DNA of 64,000 nucleotides from a virus (IMGVR_UViG_3300028886_000082:1-64000); one strand, 5' to 3'; shown: positions 26,116-35,779, counted from the first letter of the stretch. Numbers and translations are program-made. The notes: a model not told the origin generated them from the letters alone.

Positions 26116-26283
26116 TTTGGTTGTCTCAATTATTATCTTTAACTTTGCACCTGCTTCACTTTATCTGCAATACATAAATATACCGCTGAGTAGGTCACAG
26201 GGCATACGTCCCCCGGCACCCGCTCAGCGGTTTCATTGTAGGAAAGTGAAGCGTCTTATTATGAAAGCCGGGGGACTTTTTTA
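26116..26283 (+). ncRNA. Promoter-driven small RNA with C4/CI-like internal complementarity
   Basis: TTTG(26116)...TAACTTTG(26140-26147) promoter; GCTTCACTTT/AAAGTGAAGC, CCGCTGAG/CTCAGCGG, GTCCCCCGGC/GCCGGGGGAC followed by a T-run. Confidence 0.65.
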
Positions 26284-26297
26284 TTTCCCCCGATTTC

Positions 26298-26615
26298 TCA
26301 AGTTTGCCCTACTGCATAACCCTTAGTATTGGCAAACTGTATCATTGTTGGCTCTTCCGTCAGATAAATCCTTACGTATCTGTACTTCGTCGAGCCGTAT
26401 ATCCTTATTCTAAACTCTGGGCCGCTCCAAGGGGTTATTTTAGCCTTTGGCCAAGGGCCATCAAGTGTTTCTGCCTTTTTGATAACAAGCCTGCCCTTAT
26501 CAGGCAGAGTAACTTCGAGCCAGCAGTCACCAGTTAGGCACCATATTTCCGACACCCAAGCGTTACTTTCTTCGCTCCAGGCACCGTTGATAGTAGTGAT
26601 TTCTCCGTTCCTCAT
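26298..26615 (-). CDS. Hypothetical (probable virion) protein
   Basis: Likely ATG at 26615; last gene of the capsid operon. Confidence 0.6.
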   Translation of the reverse strand: MRNGEITTINGAWSEESNAWVSEIWCLTGDCWLEVTLPDKGRLVIKKAETLDGPWPKAKITPWSGPEFRIRIYGSTKYRYVRIYLTEEPTMIQFANTKGYAVGQT

Positions 26616-26616
26616 G

Positions 26617-27339
26617 CTATTGTCTCTGTTTATCCTCAGTCCTGCCAAGATTCAGTGTAGCTACATCATACATTCCCTTTGCCCTTGCGTCTCCGTATGC
26701 GGTAAGAAGCAGATAGGCTAGGTAATAGATGAAGCTGGTCTCTACCTGCGTCGGAATCCCAACCTCTGTGGAGTCGTTGTTGAGGTTTCCCAAGTCAGAA
26801 GTGGAGAGTGCCTTGATATAGGTTATGGTAAACGTTCCCGTTCCAGGCCACACCTCCACCTTCTTCGTCTTTGTATTCATCAGCGATGCCTGCGGACGGT
26901 CAACGGTGGCTTCTGCTCCATTTGTATCATGTACCTGCAGATATTCGTCGCTGTCTTCTTTGATAAGCGAGTCACCAAGAATGGCCCTGTGCCAACCCGT
27001 GCCCTTCACGCGCACCACCCTTACAAGCGTTTCCGTAGGTGTAAGTACGTTGTTGGTCGCGGTAAGGCTGTCCTCGTGGATGATGTCTATGACGTTTGAT
27101 GATGATCCTGAGCCGGAACCCGAACCACTAACGCCACTTAGCTGTTCGGCAGGTGCATATAGGCATACCCATCTGAGTGCGGCAGGTATCTTGTTGCGGA
27201 TGATGTTATTCATCAGCCCAAGATCTGTATGTGTACCGCCATCAAAGTCGTATGCTGATACATCTTCGATGTTGGCTGCATTTACAGCTTCCTCGTCGAT
27301 GCACCAGCGCACAGCCTTAATGATTTGTCCTACGGTCAT
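26617..27339 (-). CDS. Probable head-tail adaptor/ring protein
   Basis: 240 aa; C-terminal ETSFIYYLAYLLL helix typical of adaptor folds; located in the capsid operon. Confidence 0.5.
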   Translation of the reverse strand: MTVGQIIKAVRWCIDEEAVNAANIEDVSAYDFDGGTHTDLGLMNNIIRNKIPAALRWVCLYAPAEQLSGVSGSGSGSGSSSNVIDIIHEDSLTATNNVLTPTETLVRVVRVKGTGWHRAILGDSLIKEDSDEYLQVHDTNGAEATVDRPQASLMNTKTKKVEVWPGTGTFTITYIKALSTSDLGNLNNDSTEVGIPTQVETSFIYYLAYLLLTAYGDARAKGMYDVATLNLGRTEDKQRQ

Positions 27340-27342
27340 AGA

Positions 27343-27681
27343 TTACTCGCTCTTTGCTTCGTAACGTCCGTCGGCCCATGTCTCAATAGTGCCACCTTCA
27401 CCAATACCAGCCGTGATAGCCGAACTGATTGCACTTGTGATAGCACCCTCTGAACCAAGGGCTGCAGTGATAGCGCCACTGATAGCGGTTGTAATGGCTC
27501 CATTCTCACCAAGTGCGGAAGTAATCTCTAAGGCCACAAGCTGCGAGAATGTTTTCTTTCCATCCTCGTCAGCAAGCATGGTGAGAATCTCCTTCAAGCT
27601 GTCAAACTTACTATCTGAATTAACGGCATTAAGCAAGGCGTCGTTAGCCTCTTCATGCTTCTTGTCTGAAAACTTTCCCAT
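27343..27681 (-). CDS. Hypothetical protein with AIxxA repeats
   Basis: ALGENGAITTAISGAITAALGSEGAITSAISSAIT. Confidence 0.55.
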   Translation of the reverse strand: MGKFSDKKHEEANDALLNAVNSDSKFDSLKEILTMLADEDGKKTFSQLVALEITSALGENGAITTAISGAITAALGSEGAITSAISSAITAGIGEGGTIETWADGRYEAKSE

Positions 27682-27689
27682 TGTCGTAC

Positions 27690-28112
27690 TTAGTTATCGT
27701 TGGTTTTTTCTTTCATATTTGGAAACTCAACACCCTTCTGATATGCGATCTTAACGGCCTGCTTTGCGGTCTTTACCACGATACCCCATGTGTTAAACAC
27801 ATATTCGATGGCCTGATCTGGCGAAGTAATGTTGTCAATCTGAACCTTGCTTGGCTTTTCTGCGGCCTTTGCAGTCTTTGGTTCGTCATCAATCACGCGC
27901 TCAAGCTGGATAATGCCACGCTTGAACAGGTCGTTATTCTCCAGCAAGTCCTGATAGAATGGGTCTCTAAGAGTGCAACGTGCAGGCATATTCGGCATGA
28001 ACTGATTGCCGTCCTTGAACGTGTAGGTCACCGTCATCTTTCCACCGTTTACGGGAATGTCGAAGATGGCGATGTTTCTCTTCTGATTAAGCTTATAAAT
28101 CTTTGTTGCCAT
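27690..28112 (-). CDS. Hypothetical (capsid-operon) protein
   Basis: 140 aa, directly downstream of the capsid gene. Confidence 0.65.
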   Translation of the reverse strand: MATKIYKLNQKRNIAIFDIPVNGGKMTVTYTFKDGNQFMPNMPARCTLRDPFYQDLLENNDLFKRGIIQLERVIDDEPKTAKAAEKPSKVQIDNITSPDQAIEYVFNTWGIVVKTAKQAVKIAYQKGVEFPNMKEKTNDN

Positions 28113-28174
28113 AACTTATTGTGTTAAAAACAAGGTAGGCCACACCCTTTTGTGTAGCCTACCATTATTAGGAT

Positions 28175-29893
28175 TTATACGGCTGAGGTATAGCCCGTGT
28201 ACTCTACCCAAGCATTGGTCTGGTACTGCCATACCGTACCTGCCTTATAGGTAACGTCTGGATCGCCGCTTACGGTGAAGTCTGCGGTCAGAGCAACGAT
28301 AGTACCGTTTGCTGGGTTAGATGGAAGCTCTGCGCTTGATACAACCTGTGTACGTGAAGCGGTGTCAGGCAGCGAGTAGATGATGCTGCTTGGGCCTACG
28401 ATGATAGAGTTGTAACCGCGAAGTGCGATACAGTCTGCCTCGTAGTGAATCTCGCGTTTTGCATCGCGAATCTCGCCTGCGCCCTTTGTCATGTCGTTGG
28501 TAAACTCCTTCTCGCCAATCTTCACATAACGGGTAGCACCCTCAAGGTCGAGAACTACGCAGACCTTATCCATGCCGATGGCATCTAGACCCTGATCCCA
28601 AGTGAAATCGGTTGTACCGAATGTGGTCTTGAGGCGCTTGAAGTCGATATCCAGCTCCTTAACATCCTCCATCTTGATGATGCGCTTGTTGTCGCCCATG
28701 TCGAGGTTCAACAGCCACTGCATAAAGGTAGAACCGCAGAATGCGTATGAATGAGAGTTCTGAGAGAATGTGGTGTGCTGCAGCTTGGAGATAGCGATCA
28801 GGTCACCCACGGTGATGTGGCCATCCTCTACAGAGTAAGAGTTGGTTACCTGCCACAGAATACCCTTAGAGCCGTATGCATCCTCAACACTCTGGTCACC
28901 GTTGATAACTGGGAATCTGGTCTTTGCACCCATCCAGTAGGTACGCTCTGCACGGAGGTTGTAGTTGCGGATGGCGTTGGCCTTTACGTCTGCAATGTGC
29001 CAAGGCATCTTCTTCTTCACCTTCTCGAAGTCGTTAGTCCAAACGATGTTTAGCAACTTCTTCTGTACGGTGAATTCCTCGTAACGTGGCTGGTAGTTCT
29101 CAGGAGTAATGAGCAACTGGCTCTCACCTGCGATACTTGCACCTGCGCAGAGGTAAGCGTTTGCGGGCAGACCCTTATTTGAGCTTACACCATTTGCGCC
29201 AAACTCACGTACCTCGTAGGTGTCGCCTGCGGTTGCACCACTCTTCAGCGGGCCGTTGATAGGAACAACGAGCACATAGCTTGTGGTAACGTCAACAACA
29301 AACAACTCCAAGCAACCCTCTACGGTTGTACCATCCTCAGCGTAACCATCGATGAACGGACAGAAGATCGTAGTGCCCTTGTAGAATGCCTTGAGAGAAC
29401 CTGTAAAGTTAGAGGTTGTCAGCTTCAAACTTCCGTCAGTCTCTTGTGTGATGGCACTTGAAGTACGACCATCCAGTGTATCACCACCAATGCGTGCATG
29501 CTTTATCGACCAGTTCTGAATCTGGACTTTGCGTGCGACACGACGCGCAATGGATAGTAAGGGCGTACGCCACGGCTGAAACTGTGTAATACCCTTATCC
29601 CACTCGTCGTCGATGTTGTCCTCGCGGCGCTGCTGCGAAGAACTCAGCTGTGTTCCGTTCAAGGTCTCACCTACAGTACCGTCACCGGGAATGTGAAGGT
29701 CATTGTTGGCAGGGTTTGCCGGCTCGTTGGCAGCGACCTCAGAAGCCGTTGCTGGAAGTGCGCCCTCATCGCCAATAGGTGCATCATTCACTACGGTAGC
29801 GGTTGCCATTGCTCCACCACCACTGACTACGGCAAGGACAAACAGCGCAAAGCTGAGGACTTGCCAAATGTTCACGTTCTTAATCTTTTTCAT
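28175..29893 (-). CDS. Major capsid protein (SU10/DUF5309-like HK97 fold) with an N-terminal hydrophobic helix
   Basis: 572 aa after the scaffold gene; TPLLSI, NYNLRAERTYWMG, AFCG, FGTTDF, VVLDL motifs resemble this family. Confidence 0.72.
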   Translation of the reverse strand: MKKIKNVNIWQVLSFALFVLAVVSGGGAMATATVVNDAPIGDEGALPATASEVAANEPANPANNDLHIPGDGTVGETLNGTQLSSSQQRREDNIDDEWDKGITQFQPWRTPLLSIARRVARKVQIQNWSIKHARIGGDTLDGRTSSAITQETDGSLKLTTSNFTGSLKAFYKGTTIFCPFIDGYAEDGTTVEGCLELFVVDVTTSYVLVVPINGPLKSGATAGDTYEVREFGANGVSSNKGLPANAYLCAGASIAGESQLLITPENYQPRYEEFTVQKKLLNIVWTNDFEKVKKKMPWHIADVKANAIRNYNLRAERTYWMGAKTRFPVINGDQSVEDAYGSKGILWQVTNSYSVEDGHITVGDLIAISKLQHTTFSQNSHSYAFCGSTFMQWLLNLDMGDNKRIIKMEDVKELDIDFKRLKTTFGTTDFTWDQGLDAIGMDKVCVVLDLEGATRYVKIGEKEFTNDMTKGAGEIRDAKREIHYEADCIALRGYNSIIVGPSSIIYSLPDTASRTQVVSSAELPSNPANGTIVALTADFTVSGDPDVTYKAGTVWQYQTNAWVEYTGYTSAV

Positions 29894-29923
29894 TTTACTA
29901 GGATTTTTATTTTGTTCTCGGAT

Positions 29924-30706
29924 TTAATATCCCCATTTCTTCATATCACCAAAGTCCATTGACATGCTCTTTTTCTTCTGCTTCGGAGCAACCGACTGAC
30001 CGCCATTCTGCGAGAATGAAGGTGGAACCTGCTGCTCGTCGAAAGTCTTGAGCTTGTTGGTATGCTTCTCGTTACGTGCCTGCATAGCAGCCTCTTCACG
30101 TGCATTGGCCATGTCCTGATTGTAGTTCATGGCGTGCATGATGGCAGTCCATGTATCTTTGCTTACCTCTCCGCTGAATGCAGGAAGCCAAACCTCATCC
30201 CAGAAGTATTCGAACATACGGTTTTTCTGCTCGTCACTCAGACCTACTTCGGCCTGCAGTGCGTCAAGCTCTTCGATACTTCTTGCGATGGCCTCGTCCT
30301 TTGCCTGCTCTGCGGCTTCTCCTTCGGCCTGCTTCTTCGTCCATTCGTCAAAAGCACCCGTGACTTTATCCATCACCTCCGGGTCTTCTAGTGCGGCCTT
30401 GATGTCGATGCCGTTCTTGGCCATCCATACAAGTGGGTTCTCTTCATCATCCATCAGCATAGCGCCAATCCAACGATGCTTGTCTAGGATGCCGGAAAGC
30501 TTCTTGCCCGATTCACGTAGTCCGCGATAACGCTCACGTTCTTCTGCCATGCGTCCGTAGCGTGCCTCCTTATCCTCAAAGTCCACATCGGGATTATCCT
30601 CTGCAAACATCGAAGAATAGCGGTCACGGTTAGGCCTTGCTGGCTGCTCGGTAGGCTGCTGTGCTACAGCGGCTCCCTGCTCCAATGGTTTCTTTTCTTC
30701 TGCCAT
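29924..30706 (-). CDS. Capsid scaffolding protein
   Basis: 260 aa, acidic and helical, immediately upstream of the capsid gene. Confidence 0.65.
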   Translation of the reverse strand: MAEEKKPLEQGAAVAQQPTEQPARPNRDRYSSMFAEDNPDVDFEDKEARYGRMAEERERYRGLRESGKKLSGILDKHRWIGAMLMDDEENPLVWMAKNGIDIKAALEDPEVMDKVTGAFDEWTKKQAEGEAAEQAKDEAIARSIEELDALQAEVGLSDEQKNRMFEYFWDEVWLPAFSGEVSKDTWTAIMHAMNYNQDMANAREEAAMQARNEKHTNKLKTFDEQQVPPSFSQNGGQSVAPKQKKKSMSMDFGDMKKWGY

Positions 30707-30730
30707 ATAATATTGTGAAAATTTTCACGG

Positions 30731-30830
30731 CAAATATATAATATGTCGTGAAAGTCTTTTCCGTTTCCGAACCTCTGATTTGTGCTAACTTCGGACTCGG
30801 AATAAAAAGAGTGTCTTTCGCCTATTTTTG
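30731..30830. promoter_or_regulatory. Bidirectional late promoter with palindromic activator-like site
   Basis: TCCGTTTCCGA-N19-TTCGGACTCGGA with a -7 box (TATTTTTG +, TATATTTG -) 21 nt from each side. Confidence 0.7.
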
Positions 30831-30852
30831 CGGCATAAATCAGAGATAAGAA

Positions 30853-32835
30853 ATGGCTAAGATAAGAGCTTTATCATCGGTAATGCCAAAGGGCGCAATC
30901 CACGATTCGGTACGCAACCGCAAGCGTCAGTCGGTTGTGTCGAATGGCTTGCGTGTCAGAAAGCGCCGCCGCAAGGATTATGACTTCTTTCTACGCTGTC
31001 AGCAGGCTTGGAATAATCTTGAAGATGTCCGCCAGACCCGTGAACGTGTAAAGCAGTATGTCTATGGCGACCAGTGGAGTGACGTGATTCAATATCGTTA
31101 CGGGCAGATAACAGAGCGCAAGTATATACAGCTTAAAGGCAACGTACCACTGCAGAACAACATCATGATTTCGATCCTGAACTCTGTTGTCGGCCTTTAT
31201 GCAAAGCAGGCAGGCGAACCAAACTGTTTCGCAGTAAAGAAAAACGCGCAGTGGCTATCAGATATGATGAGCGCAACGATGCAGATGTGCTGGCAGAAAA
31301 CCTACATGAGCGATGCGCTTAAAACAGCTTTTGAAGATTTCCTTTTAGGAGGTGTTGCCGTATCAAGAGAGACGTATGAAGAAAATTTCGGATACAAGGA
31401 CGCATGGACTGGCTTCATAAACCCAAACAAGGCTTTCTGGGAGGCTGGCTCCGATGTAAGGATGTCTGACTTGCGGCTTGTAGGTGCTCTCTATGATGTT
31501 GCGCCAGGCGAACTATACAGAAAGTTCTGTAACAGCAAGTATGGATGGACGGTAGAAGAGATTAACGATGTCTTTGACATTGACAAAACCGACTATCATA
31601 GATATTACCGTTCTTCCGGCTTGCAGCAGAATGAAGAGGAAAGCCTAGACATGCTGAGTTTTGACAAGCCTTCTAACGACTCAATGTGCCGACTTATAGA
31701 GGTTTGGACGAAGGAGAGCAAGACGCGCTACCAATGCTACGACCCACTGGCCGAGAATGGCGACGAAGTGGAGTATCGCGTAGAGGTAAAGGATATATGG
31801 CATGTGGATCAGGAGAACCAGCTTCGCATACAACAATATAAGGAGGTTGGAGTACCAGAAGAGGAATGGGCACTGATAGAATACGAGCTTATAGAAGATG
31901 AATATTGGTACTACACCTACATGGCTCCAGATGGTACAATCATAGCCGAGGGTGAAAATCCATATGAGACGAAAGACCAGCCGTTCACTATCAAGCTATA
32001 TCCATACGTAAACAGCGAGGTACACCCGTTCATGGGCAATATCATCGACCAGCAGCGTTACATCAACCGCCTTATCATTATGCACGACATGGCGGCACGC
32101 TCTGCTGCAAAGGGACTCACAATCTTCCCGATTGAGTCTATACCAGACGGTATGACAAAAGAGGATATTGCAGACGAAATGACGGAGTACGACGGAATCC
32201 TATTCTTCGAGACAAACAGGATGAACCCGAACCTGCGCCCAGAGATCATTTCTTCTGGTGCAGTGCAACTTGGTACGCAGGAACTCTTGCAGATGCAGCT
32301 TAACCTTGCCAGAGATATTACCAATGTATCTGGAGCACTCCAAGGCAAGACACCTTCTGCGGGAACATCAGCTGCGCGTTACATGCAGGAAACACAGAAC
32401 GCCACTACCTCGCTAGAATCTATCATGCAGGACTTCACTTCATTCTCCGAGCAGATTGCAAGGAAGAAATGTATGTTCATCAAGCAGTTCTACCGCAACG
32501 GGCGACTTGTCACAAACAAGGACAACACGGTACTGTTCGACTATGACCGCATGTCATGCCGTGACGTGGATTTCTCAATCAACATCAAGGATTCTGCCAA
32601 GACTGCAGCCTTCCAGACCTATGCCAACGATACGGCACTACAACTTCTGCAGGGCGGCTTCATAAACATCAAGCAGTATCTCTCTTCTGTCACCATTCCG
32701 TTTGCAGACGATCTCTTGCAGCTTATCGAGCGCGACGAGGCACAGCAGATGGCTATTCAGCAGCAGTTGGCCGCAATGGGTGGAGCCGACCAGCAGCAAG
32801 TCGCTAACGCACAACAAATGTTACAAGCAGCATGA
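30853..32835 (+). CDS. Portal protein (P22-like)
   Basis: 660 aa; YVYGDQW, LQNNI, IIDQQRYINRL, VSGALQG; position next to adaptors and terminase. Confidence 0.82.
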   Translation: MAKIRALSSVMPKGAIHDSVRNRKRQSVVSNGLRVRKRRRKDYDFFLRCQQAWNNLEDVRQTRERVKQYVYGDQWSDVIQYRYGQITERKYIQLKGNVPLQNNIMISILNSVVGLYAKQAGEPNCFAVKKNAQWLSDMMSATMQMCWQKTYMSDALKTAFEDFLLGGVAVSRETYEENFGYKDAWTGFINPNKAFWEAGSDVRMSDLRLVGALYDVAPGELYRKFCNSKYGWTVEEINDVFDIDKTDYHRYYRSSGLQQNEEESLDMLSFDKPSNDSMCRLIEVWTKESKTRYQCYDPLAENGDEVEYRVEVKDIWHVDQENQLRIQQYKEVGVPEEEWALIEYELIEDEYWYYTYMAPDGTIIAEGENPYETKDQPFTIKLYPYVNSEVHPFMGNIIDQQRYINRLIIMHDMAARSAAKGLTIFPIESIPDGMTKEDIADEMTEYDGILFFETNRMNPNLRPEIISSGAVQLGTQELLQMQLNLARDITNVSGALQGKTPSAGTSAARYMQETQNATTSLESIMQDFTSFSEQIARKKCMFIKQFYRNGRLVTNKDNTVLFDYDRMSCRDVDFSINIKDSAKTAAFQTYANDTALQLLQGGFINIKQYLSSVTIPFADDLLQLIERDEAQQMAIQQQLAAMGGADQQQVANAQQMLQAA

Positions 32836-33299
32836 CAATAACAGTAGCAACAGTTATATCGGCAATCAAGCGCCACCTCTCTATCATTGGAAAGCGGCTC
32901 TACTCTAAGGACGGAAAGAACATGTTTTCGGACATCACGCTTTCATCAGCCGAAGAAACGCAGATTCTCACGCAGTACATCAATGCCTCTGCACAAGACG
33001 TAGAGGCCGTGTTGAAGCAGTTTATCACGGCTTCTACCTATTCGGCTTCTACCATTAGCATGACGATTGCAAATACCCGTGGCGATTCTGATTTTGAGGC
33101 TCGCTCGCAATCACTTGGCGAGTCGTACATCACCCTAAATTCCGTTGGCGAATACCTCTCCATGATGCACCCTGACCTTGCAGCAAAGTATCAGCGCGAT
33201 GCTCGTCAACGCATTGAATCTCTGGTAGAATATGTGTTCTACAAAAAACCGCCTACAGCTACGGCTAGCCAAACAAGCGGAACAGCAACAGTATCATAA
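32832..33299 (+). CDS. Head-tail ring/adaptor paralog 1
   Basis: Ends KKPPTATASQTSGTATVS, shared with the next gene. Confidence 0.55.
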   Translation: MTITVATVISAIKRHLSIIGKRLYSKDGKNMFSDITLSSAEETQILTQYINASAQDVEAVLKQFITASTYSASTISMTIANTRGDSDFEARSQSLGESYITLNSVGEYLSMMHPDLAAKYQRDARQRIESLVEYVFYKKPPTATASQTSGTATVS

Positions 33300-33317
33300 T
33301 AAAAACAATATTTCAAT

Positions 33318-33842
33318 ATGGCAACTCTTACTATTACATTGGACAAAGCGGCTGTAATCGAAGCCGTGAAGGGCGATACATACATCACCAGCAGCGTAGA
33401 TCGTGGCGCCGACTCCGTAAAGAACGCTGGCGTAGCATATAACGAGGCTGCAGGTGATGATGCTCACCACGACAAGAAAATTGAACGTTTCATTAAGTCG
33501 GCTGTGTCGAAGTTTGCTGCAGAACTGGCAGAGTTTATTGATACGGCTTCGGGCGGTAGTATTACGACATCTATTCCAACGAGTGCGACTGGAAATATTA
33601 CTATTGCTTTGACTGTTACAAGCCGATATAACTCTGGACTGGCTGATCCACTTTCCGGTATCGCACAGGAGTATATCGTCAATATGACGCTCTATGGATG
33701 GTGGATGTCTATCAAACCGGAACTGGCCAAGAACTTTGCCGCTCTAGCTACCGACGCTCTCGTCTATGTCCGCAAGTGCTTCGCAAAGACCGCACCAACG
33801 GCAACAGCATCTCAAACATCAGCAACTGGTTCAGTAGCATAA
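33318..33842 (+). CDS. Head-tail ring/adaptor paralog 2
   Basis: EYIVNMTLYGWW; ends KTAPTATASQTSATGSVA. Confidence 0.55.
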   Translation: MATLTITLDKAAVIEAVKGDTYITSSVDRGADSVKNAGVAYNEAAGDDAHHDKKIERFIKSAVSKFAAELAEFIDTASGGSITTSIPTSATGNITIALTVTSRYNSGLADPLSGIAQEYIVNMTLYGWWMSIKPELAKNFAALATDALVYVRKCFAKTAPTATASQTSATGSVA

Positions 33843-33845
33843 GGT

Positions 33846-34607
33846 ATGAATAAGACTATCACATTAACATTAGTAAAGTCTGTTATTCTTGCTAACGTCA
33901 AGAATGAGACTTTCTTTCGTGGGCAAGTCGTAAAAGCGGCTGACCAGAAGCTTATCACAGAAGCCTATCACGAACAGGCAGGTGATGAGGCTTATCAGGA
34001 AGCGATTCTCAACCGAGGTCTCTATACGAACCTCGAAGAGTTGAAGACACATTTCTCCGACTATCTCACATCAACGGGACAGTCGTCTGGGGATAACATC
34101 AACTCCGAGGAATCTGACGGAAATATTGTTCTTCAACTCAAAGTAAGCGACCGCTTCAATGGTGGGTATGTAGACTCACTTGCAAAGCTTTCCGCAAAGT
34201 ATATCGAGGAATCTATGCTGATGGATTGGTGGAAACCCATCAACGAAAAGCAGTCTGCCCTTTATGCCCAATTCGTAGAACGTGACTTAGCCGCCATTAA
34301 ACGATGCTTCAACAAGACAGCCCCCGTCGCTCCTACCTACAGATATACTACCTCGCTCAATGTCGTTGGCTCCGCAATAGATATAGGCATTGGCGAAGAG
34401 CATACCGTCACCTACTCAATATCGGATGGCGCTATCGACGATATTGAAGTACGTATTGAGGATACGCACATCTGCCAGGCAGGACGCACACAAGAAGGCT
34501 TTACAGTTATCGGCAAGCAGCTTGGCCATACCTATATCCAGATGTATTCACGTCACGACGAACAGCTCACAAAGACTATTCACGTCTATGTCACTGACCA
34601 GTCTTAA
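33846..34607 (+). CDS. Head-tail ring/adaptor paralog 3 with a C-terminal Ig-like extension
   Basis: KYIEESMLMDWW, FNKTAP; beta-rich tail. Confidence 0.55.
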   Translation: MNKTITLTLVKSVILANVKNETFFRGQVVKAADQKLITEAYHEQAGDEAYQEAILNRGLYTNLEELKTHFSDYLTSTGQSSGDNINSEESDGNIVLQLKVSDRFNGGYVDSLAKLSAKYIEESMLMDWWKPINEKQSALYAQFVERDLAAIKRCFNKTAPVAPTYRYTTSLNVVGSAIDIGIGEEHTVTYSISDGAIDDIEVRIEDTHICQAGRTQEGFTVIGKQLGHTYIQMYSRHDEQLTKTIHVYVTDQS

Positions 34608-34616
34608 TATATAATA

Positions 34617-35264
34617 ATGTATATGGATTTACTTCATAGCAAAGAACAGGGAGGCTACAAGCCTATCGACCTGTATCAAGGCCGACCCAAGCCTAACGAC
34701 AATTGGCCTTATCACAATCACCCAACGACTCCGCACGACCGTGAGTTTGGTGTCAAAGACCCGAAGTTTGAGCGTCATATCTTCATCGGGCGCGACGATT
34801 TGTTTTTTGATATAAACTCACAAGTGCAGATGGTGGCTGAGGCACGTCCAAAGCAGGACGGTTCGATAGACAATACGCTTGTTGAGGGTGTAGAGAAGTT
34901 CCGTTCGATGTTCTACCGCTGGATCGACACGTATATCGGTAAGGCCAAAACCATCATGTCTGCGTTTGTTCTGGAGAAATTCCGTGAGATTGCCATCAAC
35001 TCCATCAAGGATGTGGATGAGGTGGATATCACGATGCTCATGCCCGAATGGTACGACGATACTACGTGGCAGCAACTATGCAATGAGGTCCATAGTTATG
35101 TGGTAAACGCCACGCTTTTCGAGTACTTCAAACTAAAACTTACGTCAAAAGACCCGGTAACGGTCGATAAGAACGAGGCCATGATGTTCGGAGAGTCCGA
35201 AATCCGCAAGCTTTGTAATGCTAACAAGGCAGGAACTATCCATAAAAAGTTTAAGCCATTTTGA
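34617..35264 (+). CDS. Head-tail ring/adaptor paralog 4
   Basis: HSYVVNATLFEYF. Confidence 0.5.
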   Translation: MYMDLLHSKEQGGYKPIDLYQGRPKPNDNWPYHNHPTTPHDREFGVKDPKFERHIFIGRDDLFFDINSQVQMVAEARPKQDGSIDNTLVEGVEKFRSMFYRWIDTYIGKAKTIMSAFVLEKFREIAINSIKDVDEVDITMLMPEWYDDTTWQQLCNEVHSYVVNATLFEYFKLKLTSKDPVTVDKNEAMMFGESEIRKLCNANKAGTIHKKFKPF

Positions 35265-35779
35265 TGAAAGATAAGGTTATAAGGTTAGTAGTTAGTTTGT
35301 TGTTGGTGGGGTCGTATTTCTTTCTTCCGAAGTACGGCTTCACCGCTTTTGATGGTTCTGTAAACGCACATATCATAGCCACCCATCTGCTATACCCGTT
35401 TTCTCATGCCAACATCTGGCATTTGGCTGCAAATATTCTTTGCCTTTGGATGATTCCTTGCCGACTTTATATATTCGCAACATACGTAATAGCGGTTTTG
35501 TGTTCATTCCTTCCGTCATTCTGTATTTACGACAGCATCGTCCAAGGTGGTTTTGCTGCCTTGAAAAGTCCCACCTACGGATTCTCCGGGGTACTATTTG
35601 CAATAGTTGGCATCTCATGGGGTAAGGTTCACAGATTCCGTGATATGATTTGGAAGAACAGGTGGTATCTTGTCGTACCAGCCTTCCTTCCTCACGTCAA
35701 CTTTCTCATACACACCTACTGCCTCCTTGCAGGCTATCTATATGGAACGTTATGCGCAAAGAAATCAAAGAACTCATAG
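35264..35779 (+). CDS. Rhomboid-family intramembrane serine protease
   Basis: YPFSHANIWHLAAN loop motif, catalytic GFSG, His in the last TM (IHTYCLLAG), multiple TM helices. Confidence 0.85.
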   Translation: MKDKVIRLVVSLLLVGSYFFLPKYGFTAFDGSVNAHIIATHLLYPFSHANIWHLAANILCLWMIPCRLYIFATYVIAVLCSFLPSFCIYDSIVQGGFAALKSPTYGFSGVLFAIVGISWGKVHRFRDMIWKNRWYLVVPAFLPHVNFLIHTYCLLAGYLYGTLCAKKSKNS

